A stretch of 64,000 bases of DNA, taken from a virus. Below, piece by piece: positions 63,544-64,000 of this stretch. The notes under the pieces are model-generated. The model was not told the origin of the DNA. It did no database searches and saw only the letters and a list, made by a program, of their open reading frames with translations. Each line of letters opens with the position of its first letter. Within the stretch, counting starts at the first letter, position 1. Both the position numbers and the translations under genes were made by a program. The stretch lies in the IMG/VR virus record IMGVR_UViG_3300031539_000004, positions 64,696 through 128,695 of that record; one strand, given 5' to 3'.

Positions 63544-64000
63544 ATGGATTACAACCACATCGACCCCGCCGCCCGAGAGCGCGCTCTCGTGGCCGCCACC
63601 GGCTACGGCGACACGGCACAGCTCACCGACGACGACGCCTCCGCTGCCGAGCTCACCGTCTGCGTCCTGAAGCTTCGGCACGCGTTCTTCGACGCTCACG
63701 CGACCAGCGCGGTTCCGAACCCCGACCCGGACGCCGCCCTGATGGCCGTCCAGCGCGACGCCATCGCCGAGGTGGTCACCGAAGCCGAAGCGACCCGCGA
63801 CCGGATCATCGCCGAGACCGGCACCGACGTCTCCGACGTGATGCCACCGGTCCTCGAGGCGAACCGCCAGAAGGCCGAGCAGGACTTCTTCGACGCCGAG
63901 TGGGCGATGACGAACGTCCCCGGCCAGCCCCAAGAGCAGCTCGACGCCCTGCAGGTCTCCTGCGACCGGGCCGAGCGCGAGGCTGCCGTCATCGACGGCT
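63544..64000 (+). CDS. Hypothetical protein, truncated by window end
   Basis: RBS AGGAGG; open to window end (MDYNHIDPAARES...). Confidence 0.65.
   Translation, partial: MDYNHIDPAARERALVAATGYGDTAQLTDDDASAAELTVCVLKLRHAFFDAHATSAVPNPDPDAALMAVQRDAIAEVVTEAEATRDRIIAETGTDVSDVMPPVLEANRQKAEQDFFDAEWAMTNVPGQPQEQLDALQVSCDRAEREAAVIDG

Larger units (their letters stand above)
1..64000. mobile_element. Segment of a large tailed dsDNA phage/prophage, probably infecting an actinobacterium
   Basis: TerS/TerL, portal, head morphogenesis protein, prohead protease, major capsid protein and dense small accessory ORFs; no host housekeeping operons; no integrase in window. Confidence 0.95.

Noticed and set aside
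1-64000. Integrase, att site, DNA polymerase or helicase
   Set aside because: No recombinase or replication motifs were recognised; lifestyle cannot be determined from this window.

Overview
The window is part of a large, high-GC tailed dsDNA phage or prophage. An actinobacterial host is inferred from composition, leaderless sigma70-type promoters and the head gene families. It holds a ParB-methyltransferase, terS and terL (0.1-3.6 kb), a 3.5-kb non-coding block of short ~10-11-bp-period tandem arrays (3.8-7.3 kb), and a long leftward run of small accessory genes (7.4-26.6 kb). That run includes a Cas4-like nuclease, a C5 methyltransferase, a frameshifted DUF5131 gene and a small gene resembling a fragment of the phage's own major capsid protein. 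A divergent central module (26.6-37.6 kb) has two arms, each leading into a long, apparently non-coding, structured RNA (~1.86 kb on minus, ~1.42 kb on plus). The two RNAs are homologous, each has its own promoter and terminator, and each embeds a tRNA-like element. After this come tandem AAA ATPases, RAMA, methyltransferase, SLOG, XRE and ArdC genes, then portal, head-morphogenesis protein, a 1188-aa multidomain prohead protease, an inserted accessory cassette, the major capsid protein and further virion genes. A 19-bp palindrome (YGTAG-N9-CTACR) occurs 19 times, almost always overlapping a promoter. No integrase, polymerase, helicase, CRISPR array, rRNA or canonical tRNA was seen. All family assignments come from motif recognition by eye; no database searches were run.
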